A program made the position numbers and the translations under genes. Of a stretch of DNA of 64,000 nt, positions 41,962-53,457 are shown in pieces. This DNA is from an uncultured delta proteobacterium (GTDB lineage Bacteria; Desulfobacterota; Binatia; UBA9968): NCBI GenBank assembly GCA_963745035.1, contig CAVUVW010000020.1:84940-148939 (forward strand), given 5' to 3'. The notes below the pieces were generated by a model. That model searched no databases. It had not been told where the DNA came from and saw only the letters and a program-made list of their open reading frames with translations. Position 1 is the first letter of the stretch, and every line of letters begins with the position of its first letter.

Positions 41962-43896
41962 TCAGGCCGACTGATCGGCGATGCGCAATTTCTGCAACCG
42001 CTCGGGGCGCGACTGCGAGCGCTCCAACGAACCCCGCGCCTCGACCGGGCGGAAGGTTGGCACCAGCTTGTCGAGCAGCTCGATCACCGCCCGCGCCTCC
42101 CCTTCGCTTGCCAGCTTCTCCAAGCGGCCGATGGCTTGCTGGAGCGGTCCCAATTCGGGTATCCAGCCGGACTGCACGCGCTGAATTTTTTCCACACCCG
42201 ACGCGACCAGCGCCTCGTCCATGGCCACCAGCTCCTCACGCAGTTTTTCGCCGGGGCGCAGCCCGATCACGCGAATCGCGATATCGACGTCTGGAATGCA
42301 TCCGGATATGCGGATCAGATGGCGCGCCATTTCCAGCAATTTGATCTGCTCGCCCATTTCCAGGACGAAAATTTCCCCGCCCCGGGCGATGGTCGCGGCC
42401 TGCAACACTAGCAGCACCGCTTCGGGGATGGTCATGAAATAGCGGGTGATCTCCGGGTGGGTGAGGGTGACCGGACCGCCGTGCTCGATCTGTTTGAGAA
42501 ACAGCGGCACCACGCTGCCGTTGCTGCCGAGCACGTTGCCGAAGCGCACCGCGGAAAAGATCGTCTCGCCGCGCTGCCCGTCCTGCGACAGCGCCTGGAT
42601 GCACATCTCATTTACGCGCTTGGTGGCGCCCATGATGTTGGTCGGATTGACCGCCTTGTCGGTGGAAATCAGCACGAAGCGCTGCACCTGGTGCTCCATC
42701 GCGATTTGCATCAGCCGGTGCGCGCCGACGACGTTGTTGAGCACCGCCTGGGTCGGGTGATGCTCCATCATCGGAACGTGTTTGTACGCGGCGGCGTGAA
42801 ACACGATTTCAGGCGCCTCCTGTTGGAACACCTGTTGAATCGAGCGCTCATTTTTAATGTCGGCAAGAACCGCCACGCGGCTTCCTTCGGGGTGCGAGTG
42901 TTCCAGCTCCATCTCGATGTCGTAGAGCGCGCTTTCGCTTTGATCGAGCAGCACCAGCCGCGCCGGCTCGTAAGCGGCGATTTGCCGGCTGAGCTCGGAA
43001 CCGATCGAGCCGCCCGCTCCGGTGATCAGAATGCGCCTGCCCTGCAACAGACTTTGCATCGGCGAGAGGTCCATTCCCACCGGCAGCCGCTCGAGCAGAT
43101 CCTCCACTGACAGATCCTGGATCTGGCGCGCGCCCACCGTGCCGCCGGCGATCTTCTCCACGCTCGGCAAAGTCTTGATGGGAATCTTGTAGGGCTCCAG
43201 CTCGGTCAGGATGCGCCGGACCAACGCCGGCGGCGCGCTCGGGATCGCCAGCAGCACTTCGTCGGGGCGCTGCACGCGCATCACCTGATGGAGCTGCGCG
43301 CCGGTGCCGAGCACGGGCACGCCGTGAATGCGCTGGCCGACCTTTTCCGGGTTGTCGTCGATGAAGCCGATAGGCTCGCGCTCGTAATGGGCGCCGTGAT
43401 GGCGCAGGTCGCGCACGATCATCTCGGCGGCGTCGCCGGCGCCGTAGAGCAGGACTCTTTTGGAGCCCTGGAGATGGCGCACCATCAGCTTCACGCGGCG
43501 GGTCAGCCGGACCCCGCCCATGAGGAAGATCAGCACCATGGCATCGATGAACAGCACCGAGCGCGGATACGAGGTCATGCCGAGATAGCCATACACGTAG
43601 ACGGCGAAGGCAATGGTGCTCAGACCGACCGCGGCGACGATGCTGCGCAGGTCCTCGATGCTGGTGTAGCGCCACAGCCCTTCATAAAGACGAAACGGCA
43701 AAAACAGCAGGCAGCGGATGATCAGCAGGGCGGCCAGGGTCTGAGTAAACTCCCAGCGCAGGGCCGGGCTGTCAAAGCGCAGCGAAAACGCCACGTAATT
43801 GGCGAGCGCGACCAGCGCCAAGTGCAAGGCGGCGATCGGTACACGGCGATGTTTGATCAGCCACTGACGCAATGTGTTTTTTGATGGTTCTTTCAT
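41962..43896 (-). CDS. Membrane-anchored UDP-GlcNAc 4,6-dehydratase (PglF/WbpM/CapD family)
   Basis: N-terminal TM helices, TGAGGSIGSEL, HAAAYKHVP, STDKAV, MGATK, RFGNVLGS. Confidence 0.95.
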   Translation of the reverse strand: MKEPSKNTLRQWLIKHRRVPIAALHLALVALANYVAFSLRFDSPALRWEFTQTLAALLIIRCLLFLPFRLYEGLWRYTSIEDLRSIVAAVGLSTIAFAVYVYGYLGMTSYPRSVLFIDAMVLIFLMGGVRLTRRVKLMVRHLQGSKRVLLYGAGDAAEMIVRDLRHHGAHYEREPIGFIDDNPEKVGQRIHGVPVLGTGAQLHQVMRVQRPDEVLLAIPSAPPALVRRILTELEPYKIPIKTLPSVEKIAGGTVGARQIQDLSVEDLLERLPVGMDLSPMQSLLQGRRILITGAGGSIGSELSRQIAAYEPARLVLLDQSESALYDIEMELEHSHPEGSRVAVLADIKNERSIQQVFQQEAPEIVFHAAAYKHVPMMEHHPTQAVLNNVVGAHRLMQIAMEHQVQRFVLISTDKAVNPTNIMGATKRVNEMCIQALSQDGQRGETIFSAVRFGNVLGSNGSVVPLFLKQIEHGGPVTLTHPEITRYFMTIPEAVLLVLQAATIARGGEIFVLEMGEQIKLLEMARHLIRISGCIPDVDIAIRVIGLRPGEKLREELVAMDEALVASGVEKIQRVQSGWIPELGPLQQAIGRLEKLASEGEARAVIELLDKLVPTFRPVEARGSLERSQSRPERLQKLRIADQSA

Positions 43897-44248
43897 ATGA
43901 TTCCAGCAATCCTGAGCCGGTGATGCAGTACCCAACGGGGCCGGTTAGACAAATTGTCGGGCTGAGGTCACAAGCACAAGGACCAGCACCAGAGGGGATG
44001 ATTTACTTGCGCAAACAGCAAACAATCGACGATTTCAATTTTTTTTGGATCAGCAGGTTTGCTGTTGTAGCGGAAGTGCACCAACTTGCTCGCGTGAACC
44101 CATGACCGACACGGGAACTCGTTTCATTAAAGTCTTTGGACCTGAAAATCTCGGGTCTAGGTTTGGCGGTCTTTAACTAACGGAGGTGGACGAGCTATTG
44201 GCGCGAGAATAGAGTCCGGTGGCAGTTTACTGGCTCATCCCGAAGCAG

Positions 44249-45172
44249 TCATCGAGCGTAAGCGCCATTTTTTTTTCCACCCTCGGTCGGCCTCAAAGCG
44301 GGCGGTACATGGTACTTGATGCTTCCTAAGAGCATGCCGACTTGCCAGCCAAACCGCCAAACCCATCGAGCCCGTGCGGTTCTATCAAGACCAATCTGAG
44401 GAAGGGCACGCACGAGGCCCTTCCACTCTCCCAAACATATCTTCCAACGTGAGAAATCCTTACTGTTCGCGGAACAGTACTTCTTGTAAAGCAAAACATC
44501 GTATTCCGCCCAATGCCATGCTTGGCGCAGCAACCCGCTCAGAGTATCGCGACAACGGACGTGGACAACTGCCTTAGAAACAAAACGCAATTCCACACCT
44601 TGGAGTTGTAACTTGAAGCAGAAATCAGTGTCATGAAGATAAGGCAGTGCGTCGTCAAACCCGTTTACGGCTTCGTGAAGCGATTTCTTGACGCCAAGAG
44701 TACCGCCTCCGGCGTGCCACAAGTAAGGCGGAAACTTAGCTTTTAGCAGTCGACCCGTGCTGCTGCCCGTGCCCCTGGAAGATTGCCTGTGCCCAAGGGG
44801 GGTTGAGCTTCGTGAAATCGATACGACAAGCAACAAAGTCATGCTCGAGAAGGGCGTTGCCCATGGCCGCGACCCAGCCGGGCGCAACTTCATCGTCGGC
44901 GTCGCAGAATGCCACTGCAATACCCGTGGCGGCCGCCACACCATAAATTGAGGGCGTACGGCGTGACCGCGGCGCGCAGAGGCATCAACGATCCGGAGAT
45001 TGGGCAGCCGGTCTCGGTATGACTCGATAATGTCTCGCGAATCGTCGGTTGAACCGTTGTCGGCGACAACCACTTCCCACTCCTGGTCCCAGTGCTGTCT
45101 GGCCAGTGCTTCCAGTTGCACTCCGATCGTGGCTGCGGCATTGAGACACGGAATCACCACGCTCAGTTTCAT
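44249..45172 (-). CDS. Glycosyltransferase family 2 (internal compensating frameshifts)
   Basis: SVVIPCLN, VVADNGSTD; the DxD motif FCDADD lies in the alternate frame (44736-44939). Confidence 0.85.
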   Translation of the reverse strand: MKLSVVIPCLNAAATIGVQLEALARQHWDQEWEVVVADNGSTDDSRDIIESYRDRLPNLRIVDASARRGHAVRPQFMVWRPPRVLQWHSATPTMKLRPAGSRPWATPFSSMTLLLVVSISRSSTPLGHRQSSRGTGSSTGRLLKAKFPPYLWHAGGGTLGVKKSLHEAVNGFDDALPYLHDTDFCFKLQLQGVELRFVSKAVVHVRCRDTLSGLLRQAWHWAEYDVLLYKKYCSANSKDFSRWKICLGEWKGLVRALPQIGLDRTARARWVWRFGWQVGMLLGSIKYHVPPALRPTEGGKKNGAYAR

Positions 45173-45175
45173 AAT

Positions 45176-46028
45176 TCATCCCTTTCTTGGGTGAGTCTGC
45201 AGTAAGATGTTCCGCAAGATCTCCAGCCAGTCGCTTCTTCCACTTGCTACATAGCGCCGCCCCGGCCCCCCACGTACAAACAAGCTTGTTCAACAATTCC
45301 AAATTGGATTTCTTGTACCAAAGCTCTCTATGAACTCGGCCCGAGCGCAACAACTCGGGTATGGTAACGAAACGAAACCGTTCGCTTACGCGGTCCAAAA
45401 AAATCTCGACTGCCTTCAACATATGGGTTCGGTCGAAGTATGAGTCGTCGAGCGCATCGGACAGCCGATCGTGAAGGACAATAACTCCGCCGGGATGAAT
45501 GCGCCGCTCGAGTTGCCCCGCCACCTTTTCCGGATCTCCCCCGCACCAGTCGTCCGACCAGGCATCGAACATGATGACTTGATAGCCGAGCAAAAGGGCA
45601 TCGATTCGTGAGGCTATGTTTTGGTCGGTATAGGGCGGCCGAAACAGCCGTTCGCCATAAGGAGCAATGGCTCGAGCGCACGCGCGAATTTGTGCGCGCC
45701 GCTCATGGCCGCTGATCACGGGGAAAGACGGATGATTCCATGAATGGTTTCCGATCGCATGCCCCGCGTGCGCGATTCGTCTGACCAGTTCCGGATGCGC
45801 CTGAGCGGCCTCTCCGATCATAAAAAAGGTTGCACGCGCTTGATATTTCTCCAGGAGGTCGAGTAGCCGCGGCGTATATTCGGGATCCGGCCCATCGTCG
45901 AACGTCAGAGCTGCGACTGGTTCATGGGTGGTCACACTGGTGATGCTTCCAATGACGTTGCGAGTCGCCATGGAGAATAGCCCCTGGACAACTCTTAAAG
46001 AACCCCGAGCGATCTTTCTTGACATCAT
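45176..46028 (-). CDS. Polysaccharide deacetylase (CE4/NodB); 3' frameshift
   Basis: ALTFDDGP, GNHSWNH, FRPPY, IVLHD. Confidence 0.9.
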
Positions 46029-46073
46029 ATGATATGTTTTGTTCGCGGTCCGACTCAAAGGCCAACTTCCTCG

Positions 46074-46400
46074 TTAAGACTCTCGGGTCGTCGGGTCGCC
46101 TCGATTTTTTTCTCGGTCCGCAGAGGCACCCAGTCCCACCTCCCATTCGGGCATCAGTCCTTTCCAGCTATCGTACTGGATCCGCACATAGTGCGGTTGC
46201 CCGATATCCCCTGCTTGGACCCGCCGGCGCAACTCACGAACCGCATAACCATAGCGAAACGTGAACGCGACCTGATGAACCTTTCCGCTTGATTGAGCGG
46301 CGCGCAGCATTTTCGCCGCTTCGTCAACGTTTCTTGCGAGTGGCTTTTCGCATAGAACATGTTCCCATGCTCAAGACGGCTCTTCAGCTCGCGGATATCC
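46074..46400 (-). pseudogene. Gfo/Idh/MocA oxidoreductase remnant
   Basis: Fragment MLRAAQSSGKVHQVAFTFRY..AVRELRRRVQAGDIGQP; N- and C-terminal parts missing or broken. Confidence 0.65.
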
Positions 46401-46439
46401 TCGTCGATGGTAAGATCGGCCTGGTAGCGTGGCTACCCT

Positions 46440-46550
46440 GGACGCCTGAATGCGAAGCAGCTCTCGGCGAAACAGCAGCGCCTTGCGCCGCCAGACTCAT
46501 GGCGATCGCTTTCCCGATCCCGCTGCTCGCGCTGCTATGACTAACGCCGT
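46440..46550 (-). pseudogene. SDR oxidoreductase N-terminal remnant
   Basis: SASSGIGKAIAMSLAAQGAAV, a degenerate TGxxxGIG motif. Confidence 0.5.
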
Positions 46551-46567
46551 CTGATTGTTCAATGCGA

Positions 46568-48426
46568 TCATGGCGGAGAGGCGGCCGTTGGGTTCTTCGT
46601 AGAAACAACCCTGAGTACCTCTTCCGCTACCACGCGATGGCCCTGTTCGTTGTAATGGCCGAATCGGCCGAACGGAAACAGCCTCATCGGATCGCTCTCA
46701 CGCTGGAATCTAGCGTGAATGTCGATAATGGGAATACCGCTATCTTTCACGATGTTTAAAACCACCTGCCTGTGGTAATCTTCCGCTTTTACGTACCGAT
46801 CCCTGGCAGGGAGATAAACAAAATAAAGCGTTCCATCCCACTCCTCCACCGTACTTTTGGCTTGCAGCAAAATGGTGCGGAATAATTCCAACTGGTCTTG
46901 AGTGTACAATTCTTCGTCGGAATTTTGTGCCGCGCGACCGTAAACCAGACCAAGTGTTCCTCGCAAGCTGCTGAGCTTTAGAAACTCCAGTACATTTTGC
47001 GAGAAGTCCCTTCCGTGTTTCTGTTCTTCGCGCTTCCTCCTAACTAGTTCGCTTTCCATGCCTTTTTCGATATATTCTAAAAGAGCACGGTCAATCTCCG
47101 TTTGACGATCAAACAGGCCTTGGTTGAAGCTGTTCCGAGGTATTGCCTCAACAAATGAGTCTTGCTCTCTTTCCACAATTCCACGAAATCGTTTCCTTCG
47201 TAAAAAAACCACAGGACCGTCTTCGGCTTAACGAGAGGCAGATACTCCCTGGTTGCCGCGAGCATGAACAGAGGACCGTCACCGGACATGCCGAGATTCA
47301 AGGTATCCGCATATTGGTTCCGTATCAGCGCCATGAAGTTCCTGTCGGAAGCAACGCACGATCCTTCCGTATAGGAATCGCCCACCGCGGCGATCGCCAG
47401 GCTTTTCGATGTCCAGATTCCTCTCGGGTTGTGAAAACCGCGTTCGTCGCTGTCATAAACGGTGTATCGTCCCGTTTCATTGCACAGCACCGCAACAGCG
47501 TTGCTTATTCCTCCCAGCGGCAAAGTCTCTTCGCCGTCAATAGCGATCTCGGACGCGACCCGTCCGCCCGCCTGCTCTTTCAGCAGAGCTGAAGGAGCGA
47601 TGCTCGGCAGCGCCGGGATGCCTTGCCCGCGCAGTTCGCGAATCACATCCAGTCTACTACGGGTATCAAACTCGACATTAAACCTCTTTGCCAAAGCTTG
47701 TATTTCATTCCGCGCCGACTTGTTGAAACGAACATCGTCCCATAATGTCTCCGAACTCGAATTGGATGCAGAGAGACTCACGAACAGCTCTGCGCCATAC
47801 AATGAGAAGCCGACGGAGCACAGAAAGACAGCGAGATTGATCCGATAGACGGAGGGCAAGCGAAAAGCCGCAGCGAGTAGAACAGCGGTGACCGCCGGCA
47901 AGATCTTGTACGCAACGACTCCGGCGAAACTCGCGAAAGATCTTGCGCCGGCGACATCATACAAATAAACAGATGTAAAAGAATGCCGCCAAGCAACCAC
48001 AAATCCCGGCCACGAGAGTGGCGTTGGCAAATAACGCTGCCTTCGATGACGGTTGTTATTTTTTTCTTCATAAGCAGAATGCGCGTTAATTTCGATAACC
48101 GTTTCAGGCTCCATGGTGCGATCCAAGCGCCAGAGGCTATGCACCGTCACGTGGCTCCCGTCCCGGGTCGAGTGCACGAGGTCGCCTTCCCATCGTCCAT
48201 TACGGGCCAGCTCGGATTCGATCTCCTCCAAGGGTTGCGGGAATCGTGTCTGCAAAAGATCGTGGCTAACTCTGCCTATGGCTTCCTCTTTCCTCCAACC
48301 ATAGAGCCGCTCGGCGCCCTGGTTCCAAAAGTTGATGATGCCCGTCACGGTGCGAGCCATGACACCTTCATTTGGGTGCTCAAGAGTATAGTCATGCGCC
48401 TGCGATGGGTTCATTGTTTGATCCAA
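46568..48426 (-). CDS. PAS domain + TM + SGNH/GDSL hydrolase/acyltransferase (frameshift near 47140)
   Basis: PAS WNQGAERLYGW..EEAIG; SGNH blocks GDSYTEG, NLGMSG, EGND, GHYNEQGH. Confidence 0.75.
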
Positions 48427-48547
48427 TGGTTTGCGTGTCCCCTCGTTGTGGTCTCGACTGTTAAAGGATTCGCGAATCTGCGGCAGGGATCATTCGCGTT
48501 TTTTACAGTTGACTCTGCTTCAGCGTCTCAGCCGCACGCTAAATTAG

Positions 48548-48563
48548 AGCAAAAGGCATTCCA
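48548..48563 (-). promoter_or_regulatory. Possible sigma54 promoter
   Basis: Reverse complement TGGAATGCCTTTTGCT upstream of PAS-SGNH. Confidence 0.5.
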
Positions 48564-49010
48564 GATCGATCCGCGATGTCGAGGAGGCTATTTTCACCGT
48601 CTGACAGATTCAGCACCCAAAGCATGGCGAGCTGCTGCGTTTTTCCATCGCTCTGCCCGCCGGAAACGTACGTAGAAGCCTCGCTTTCTCAATTGACGAG
48701 CGCTTGGGACTCTGGTTCACATAAACCTGCATTGTTTCGAAGATGTTCAAAATAGACGGGCATCCGTCAGGGATTTTAGCTCGACAAACCGCCAAAATTA
48801 TCCGTGTGACTCGGGAAATCGGGCCGGCGGTTTCTCATGAACAATGGGTAAATCAAGTTGGTGAACAGAATCGGCTCTCGTCATACCCATACGGAAAAAA
48901 CCCACAGTTCGTAGGGGTTTTCCCGCCTTTTAGAAGCTGGATAAACGGCGCGATCTGTCTGAGCAAATGGCCTGACCTGCTCTTCGCGCAGGCAAACGCA
49001 GATATTTTGT

Positions 49011-50328
49011 TTAGTTGTTACTCGTAACCTTGGTCCTGAGCGAAGTAACTGTCTTGTTCGCCCGTAACTTGTCACACAACCGACCCTCCGGTACGGCTAC
49101 ATCGTCACAAGTGATGACCTGATCTTTAGGGATGTTCCTTTTTATACGGCAACCTTCCGCCAAACCCATCGGCAGCAGGTTTTCCGCGCGAGCGACATCG
49201 GCGTTTTCGCACTGCCCGTACGTCATATAATAGCCGATACCATCGAGCACCTGGTCCGCCTTCAGATCGGTTTTGGCGGTAGCAACCACCTCTACCTTAG
49301 GCGCATCGAGCGGCGATATCGCCGCATCCTGAAACAACACCGCCCGAGCAATGGTGTTTGGAACCTCGAAATGACAGAGGTGATAGGGGGTGTAGAAACA
49401 GTACAAGGGTCCTGCGCCCAGTTTGTAAAGATTTAAATAGTGTTGCTGGGTAGGATGGTCATGAGTGCCCAAAACAAAAACTCCCGGATTAGGCATGGCG
49501 CCTACCACGTAATCGACGATTCCATTACCCTCCGTCAGAATTTCAGCGGATACCAGTCAACTGCCTCCTGAATGGGCGTGCCGAACGCGACGGTTGGTCC
49601 CAGCATGCCGCGTTTAGCCACCTTCATCCCGGTGGCGTTGGCTACGATCGCCTGCTCGTATGAAATCTTGGTCCCATCGGCAAAAGAAGTAACCATGTGC
49701 GGCGTCTGTTGCCATTTACGGGCGAACTCCTGTTGAGTGGTAGGGTTGCGATATGGGATCGTGAAGTCCCTTTATGTTGCCGCAGAGCACCGGTCTCACG
49801 CCCAGGCCTTTGACAAATCTGAAAAGGTTCATGATCACCCCGGGCTGGTCGCCGTCAGTGTTGGTCAATACAACTCCAGCTCGATCCGCGTAAACCTTCA
49901 GGATGCAACCGACTGTCCCATCAAGCTCAGCGTTCATGATGATGGTATGTTTGCGATTCTCGATGGCCTTGAGAACGACGTGGGCTGCGAATTCAATCGA
50001 CCCGGTCACCTCGAGAATGGCATCTATGCCTCTGGCTTCACATAAAATCACGGGATCGTCCGTGACGGCATATTCCTCTCGCTCCATTGCCGCCTCAAGT
50101 TCGCCGACACTGTCGACACGTGCTCACGGATTTTGCCCCGGCTTCAACATAAATCCTCTTCGCTGCTTCAGGATGGCGATTCGATATTGCGACCAGCCTC
50201 ATGCCGGCTATGGAATTCAGGATTTGGAGCGCTATGCCGCGCGCCATAAAACCCGCGCCGACCATTGCTACGCGTACAGGGTTTCCATCCCGTTCTCTCT
50301 GTTCCAACGCTCGATCAACGATTATCAT
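49011..50328 (-). CDS. Homoserine-dehydrogenase-like NAD(P) oxidoreductase with C-terminal SAF domain (several frameshifts)
   Basis: VAMVGAGFMARG, MNAELDGTVG, GDQPG, YTPYHLCH, LDGIG...LLPMGLAEG across three ORFs. Confidence 0.85.
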
Positions 50329-50353
50329 GATTCAATCTCTCCTGAACGGTAAT

Positions 50354-50884
50354 TCAGTCCGAATAATTCGGCCAGCTTTTGTCTTTCGTGGACATGACTT
50401 CTACCGGAATCGGCCATACGACAGCGAAAGCAGGATCGTTGTAGCGAATGCCTCTCTCATATCCGGGGGAATAAAACTCGGAGACTTGGTAAAAAAGCTC
50501 CGTATCATCCGCCAATGTTATGAATCCTTGAGCAAAATTTCCCGGCAAATATAACATCTTGTAATTATCGGCCGATAATTCTACCCCAAACCACTTTTTG
50601 TAAGTCGGCGAGTCCGGTCTCAAGTCTATGATGACGTCGAACACCGATCCGCGAATGCAGCGAAACAGTTTGGTCTCGGCACAGGGTGGAATCTGGTAAT
50701 GAAATCCGCGCAGTGTGCCTCTTTTCCGGTTAAACAGAATATTGGCTTGAACAAACTGGGAAATTAGGCCATGGGCTGAGAATTCCTTTTGGCACACGGC
50801 GCGCGCGTTAAAGCCCCGATCGTCTTCGAGCTTTTCAATGCCGATGACATAGGCGCCCTTGAGGTTCGTTTCGGTGAAAATCAC
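50354..50884 (-). CDS. rfbC: dTDP-4-dehydrorhamnose 3,5-epimerase family protein
   Basis: DDRGF, GTLRGFHYQ, DLRPDSPTY.KW, GIRYNDP. Confidence 0.9.
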   Translation of the reverse strand: MIFTETNLKGAYVIGIEKLEDDRGFNARAVCQKEFSAHGLISQFVQANILFNRKRGTLRGFHYQIPPCAETKLFRCIRGSVFDVIIDLRPDSPTYKKWFGVELSADNYKMLYLPGNFAQGFITLADDTELFYQVSEFYSPGYERGIRYNDPAFAVVWPIPVEVMSTKDKSWPNYSD

Positions 50885-50917
50885 TTGACAGGCCAGACCT
50901 TCTAAAATGCAACGGAC

Positions 50918-51936
50918 TTATTCGGCGAAAAGAATCCGCGAGCCGTGGACCTCGGCTTCCACCGAGATCTCTTTCAGCCCGCTCATCGCCTGGCGCACCT
51001 GCTGCTGCCGCGGCGGCGGTACCAAAAAAAGCAAGAAGCCACCGCCACCGGCGCCGCACAACTTTCCGCCCAAAGCTCCCGCTTTCCGCGCCAGCTGATA
51101 CCACCGGTCAATATCGCCGGTTGAAATCGTGCTCGCGAGGCAACGCTTTAATTCCCAGCCCTCATCCAGAATATGTCCGAGTTCAGCGCAGTCCAAATGC
51201 CCGTTCGAGAGCAGACTTTGCAACTGTCTGGCCTGCTCGCGCATTTTGAATAGAGACTCGCTTTTCTGCGACGTATTCTTCTTCTGTTCGGTCAATACTG
51301 AACTTGCGTCCCGTTGGTGTCCGGTCCAGAACATCATCATCTGCTCGAACAGAGCGCTCAACGCGCCATTTCGCAGGCGATGCGGTTCAACCGTCACGGC
51401 GCCGCCAGGCTTGAAACAGAACAGGTTCAGTCCTCCGAAGGCCGCCGCATACTGGTCCTGCTTGCCGATAGGCTCCTTCAGGACGTCGATTTCGATGTAG
51501 CAAGCTTCTTCAGCCAGCTGTCCGGCAGAGACCCGTTCCCCGCGAAAAGCATGCAGCGCATTGAGCAGGCCGACAGCAAAACTGCTGGACCCGCCCAATC
51601 CGGTAGATGCCGGCAAATCCCCGACCGTGCTGATATAAAGCGGCGGTTCGATATCCAGAAACCTCAGGCATTCGCGAGCAATGTTGTTTTCAATCTCGTC
51701 GATATTCTGAACTTGCTCACTCCTGGAGTAGTTCAGGCGGATGCGCTCGTTGAACACCTCCCCATGACGCTTGACGGTGACATAGATGTATTTGTTGATG
51801 GCCGTGCTGAAGACGGCACCGTGCTCGTGTCTCGTAGAAGGCGGCCAGATCGGTTCCCCGCCGGCGAAGCTCACTCGCAGCGGTGTACTGGTAACCACAT
51901 AGCCTGGGACTCGGCGAACTTGGATTTATTAGCCAT
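50918..51936 (-). CDS. hddA: GHMP kinase, D-glycero-D-manno-heptose 7-phosphate kinase type (5' frameshifts)
   Basis: PLRVSFAGG, GLGGSSS, GKQDQY, GGKLCGAGGGGF. Confidence 0.85.
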
Positions 51937-52377
51937 GTTTGACCGCCCAATCATAAGGGATTTCTGGGGTAAAGGGATCCAGCCGAAGCATCTCTTTCGG
52001 ATCGTGCGGCTCGGTGGCGCAGTTCGCGAGAATGACCATCTTGTCGCCATAGGCCTTGTATCCATTGGCGATGCCCGGCGGAATCTGCACCAGGCAGTAG
52101 TTATCCTCGCCGAAGAAGACCTCCTGGAGCTCGCCCTGAGTCGGCGACTTCTCTCGCAGGTCGTACATCACTAGCTTGGCGCGGCCCGAAGAACCGCGTT
52201 GTTGACGGTCATGGTCTGGTGAATGTGCCAGGCCTTAATCGTGCCCGGCCAGGCGCACGAGAAATAGATCTCGCCGAAGCGGATGAAGTGCGGATCGGTG
52301 GCCTTCATCATGTGCATGATCTTCCCGCGCTCATCGACGATCTGCCGCAGCGGGATGATCTTGACGCCATCAATCAT
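51929..52377 (-). CDS. Second RmlC-like cupin epimerase (frameshifted)
   Basis: MIDGVKI.PL..I.DERG, IKAWHIH, YDLREKSPT, IPPGIANG. Confidence 0.8.
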
Positions 52378-53447
52378 TGGCTTTGCTCCCCGCCGGCGTG
52401 GATCTACGTTCGCTGCCAGCCCATCCCAGCGGAGCGCGGCGTCGAGCCGGCCGGTGTCGAGCAGGTGGCGCAGCCACTTCAGCCGGATGAAGCGCTCATC
52501 GCGAAGATGTCGCGCGTCAGGCGGAGGGCCTTGAACGGCGGCGTAGAGCTCTTGCGCCCCGTTCGGCCGGTCGATCGAAACTCGAGGTCCGGGAAAGTCG
52601 CGGCAAACTTGCGAAATCGGCTTGTACGTGCGCTGATCGGCGCCGGGCTGGGCCAGCACCTCGATCCGGCAGCCGGGCACGCTTCGCGCGACGACTCGGC
52701 CAGCTCGCTGACCTGGAGGTTCAGCTTATTGGCTCCGATGTTGAACGCCTGATTGTGCACGGCTCGTCGGCGCCTCCAGGACCGCAGGAAGGCGCGCGCG
52801 ACGTCCTCGACATGCACCACCGGCCGCCACGGCTTGCCGTCGCTGTGAATCACGATTTGCCTGTGGTCACCGCGGCGCCGACCAGATCATTGAGGACCGT
52901 GTCGAAGCGCATGCGGGGCGAGAGGCCGTAGACCGTGCCGTTGCGGAGGAAGACCGGCGAGAAACCGTCGCCGGCCAGCTCCGCGCATGGCTCGCTCGGC
53001 GTCGACCTTCGAACGCGCGTACTCGGTCTGCGGGTCCAGAGGCGACGTCTCGTCGACCACGCCGCATCCGACATGCCGTACATGATGCAGGACGACGAGA
53101 ACAGGAAGCGTCGGACGCCGGCCGCCGCGCGAGCCTCGGCGAGGCGACTGCGGCCTCCAGATTGATCTCGTCGGGTCCAGCTCGGCGTTCAGGTTGCCGA
53201 TCGGATCGTTGCTCAACGCCGCCAGATGAACGACCGCGTCGAATCCCTCGCAGGTCGTCGGCGGTGAGGTCGCGAATGTCTTTGCGACCGCCGGCACTCC
53301 GACTCGTCGGGCACAAACGTACAGTCGCAGCGAAGAAGTCCGACATCGAGGCCGACGACGTCGTATCCCGGCTCCGCGAAGAGCGGCGCCATGACCGAGC
53401 CCACGTAGCCGTGGTGACCGGTGATCAGAACGCGCTTGATCGTGCAT
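52374..53447 (-). CDS. NAD-dependent epimerase/dehydratase (extended SDR; many frameshifts)
   Basis: [50 protein letters not shown] in alternating frames. Confidence 0.8.
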
Positions 53448-53457
53448 GTGCAGCTTC

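Noticed and set aside
48600-49010. Short ORFs between the SAF oxidoreductase and PAS-SGNH genes
   Set aside because: No motifs or RBS; probably intergenic DNA or an unidentifiable remnant.
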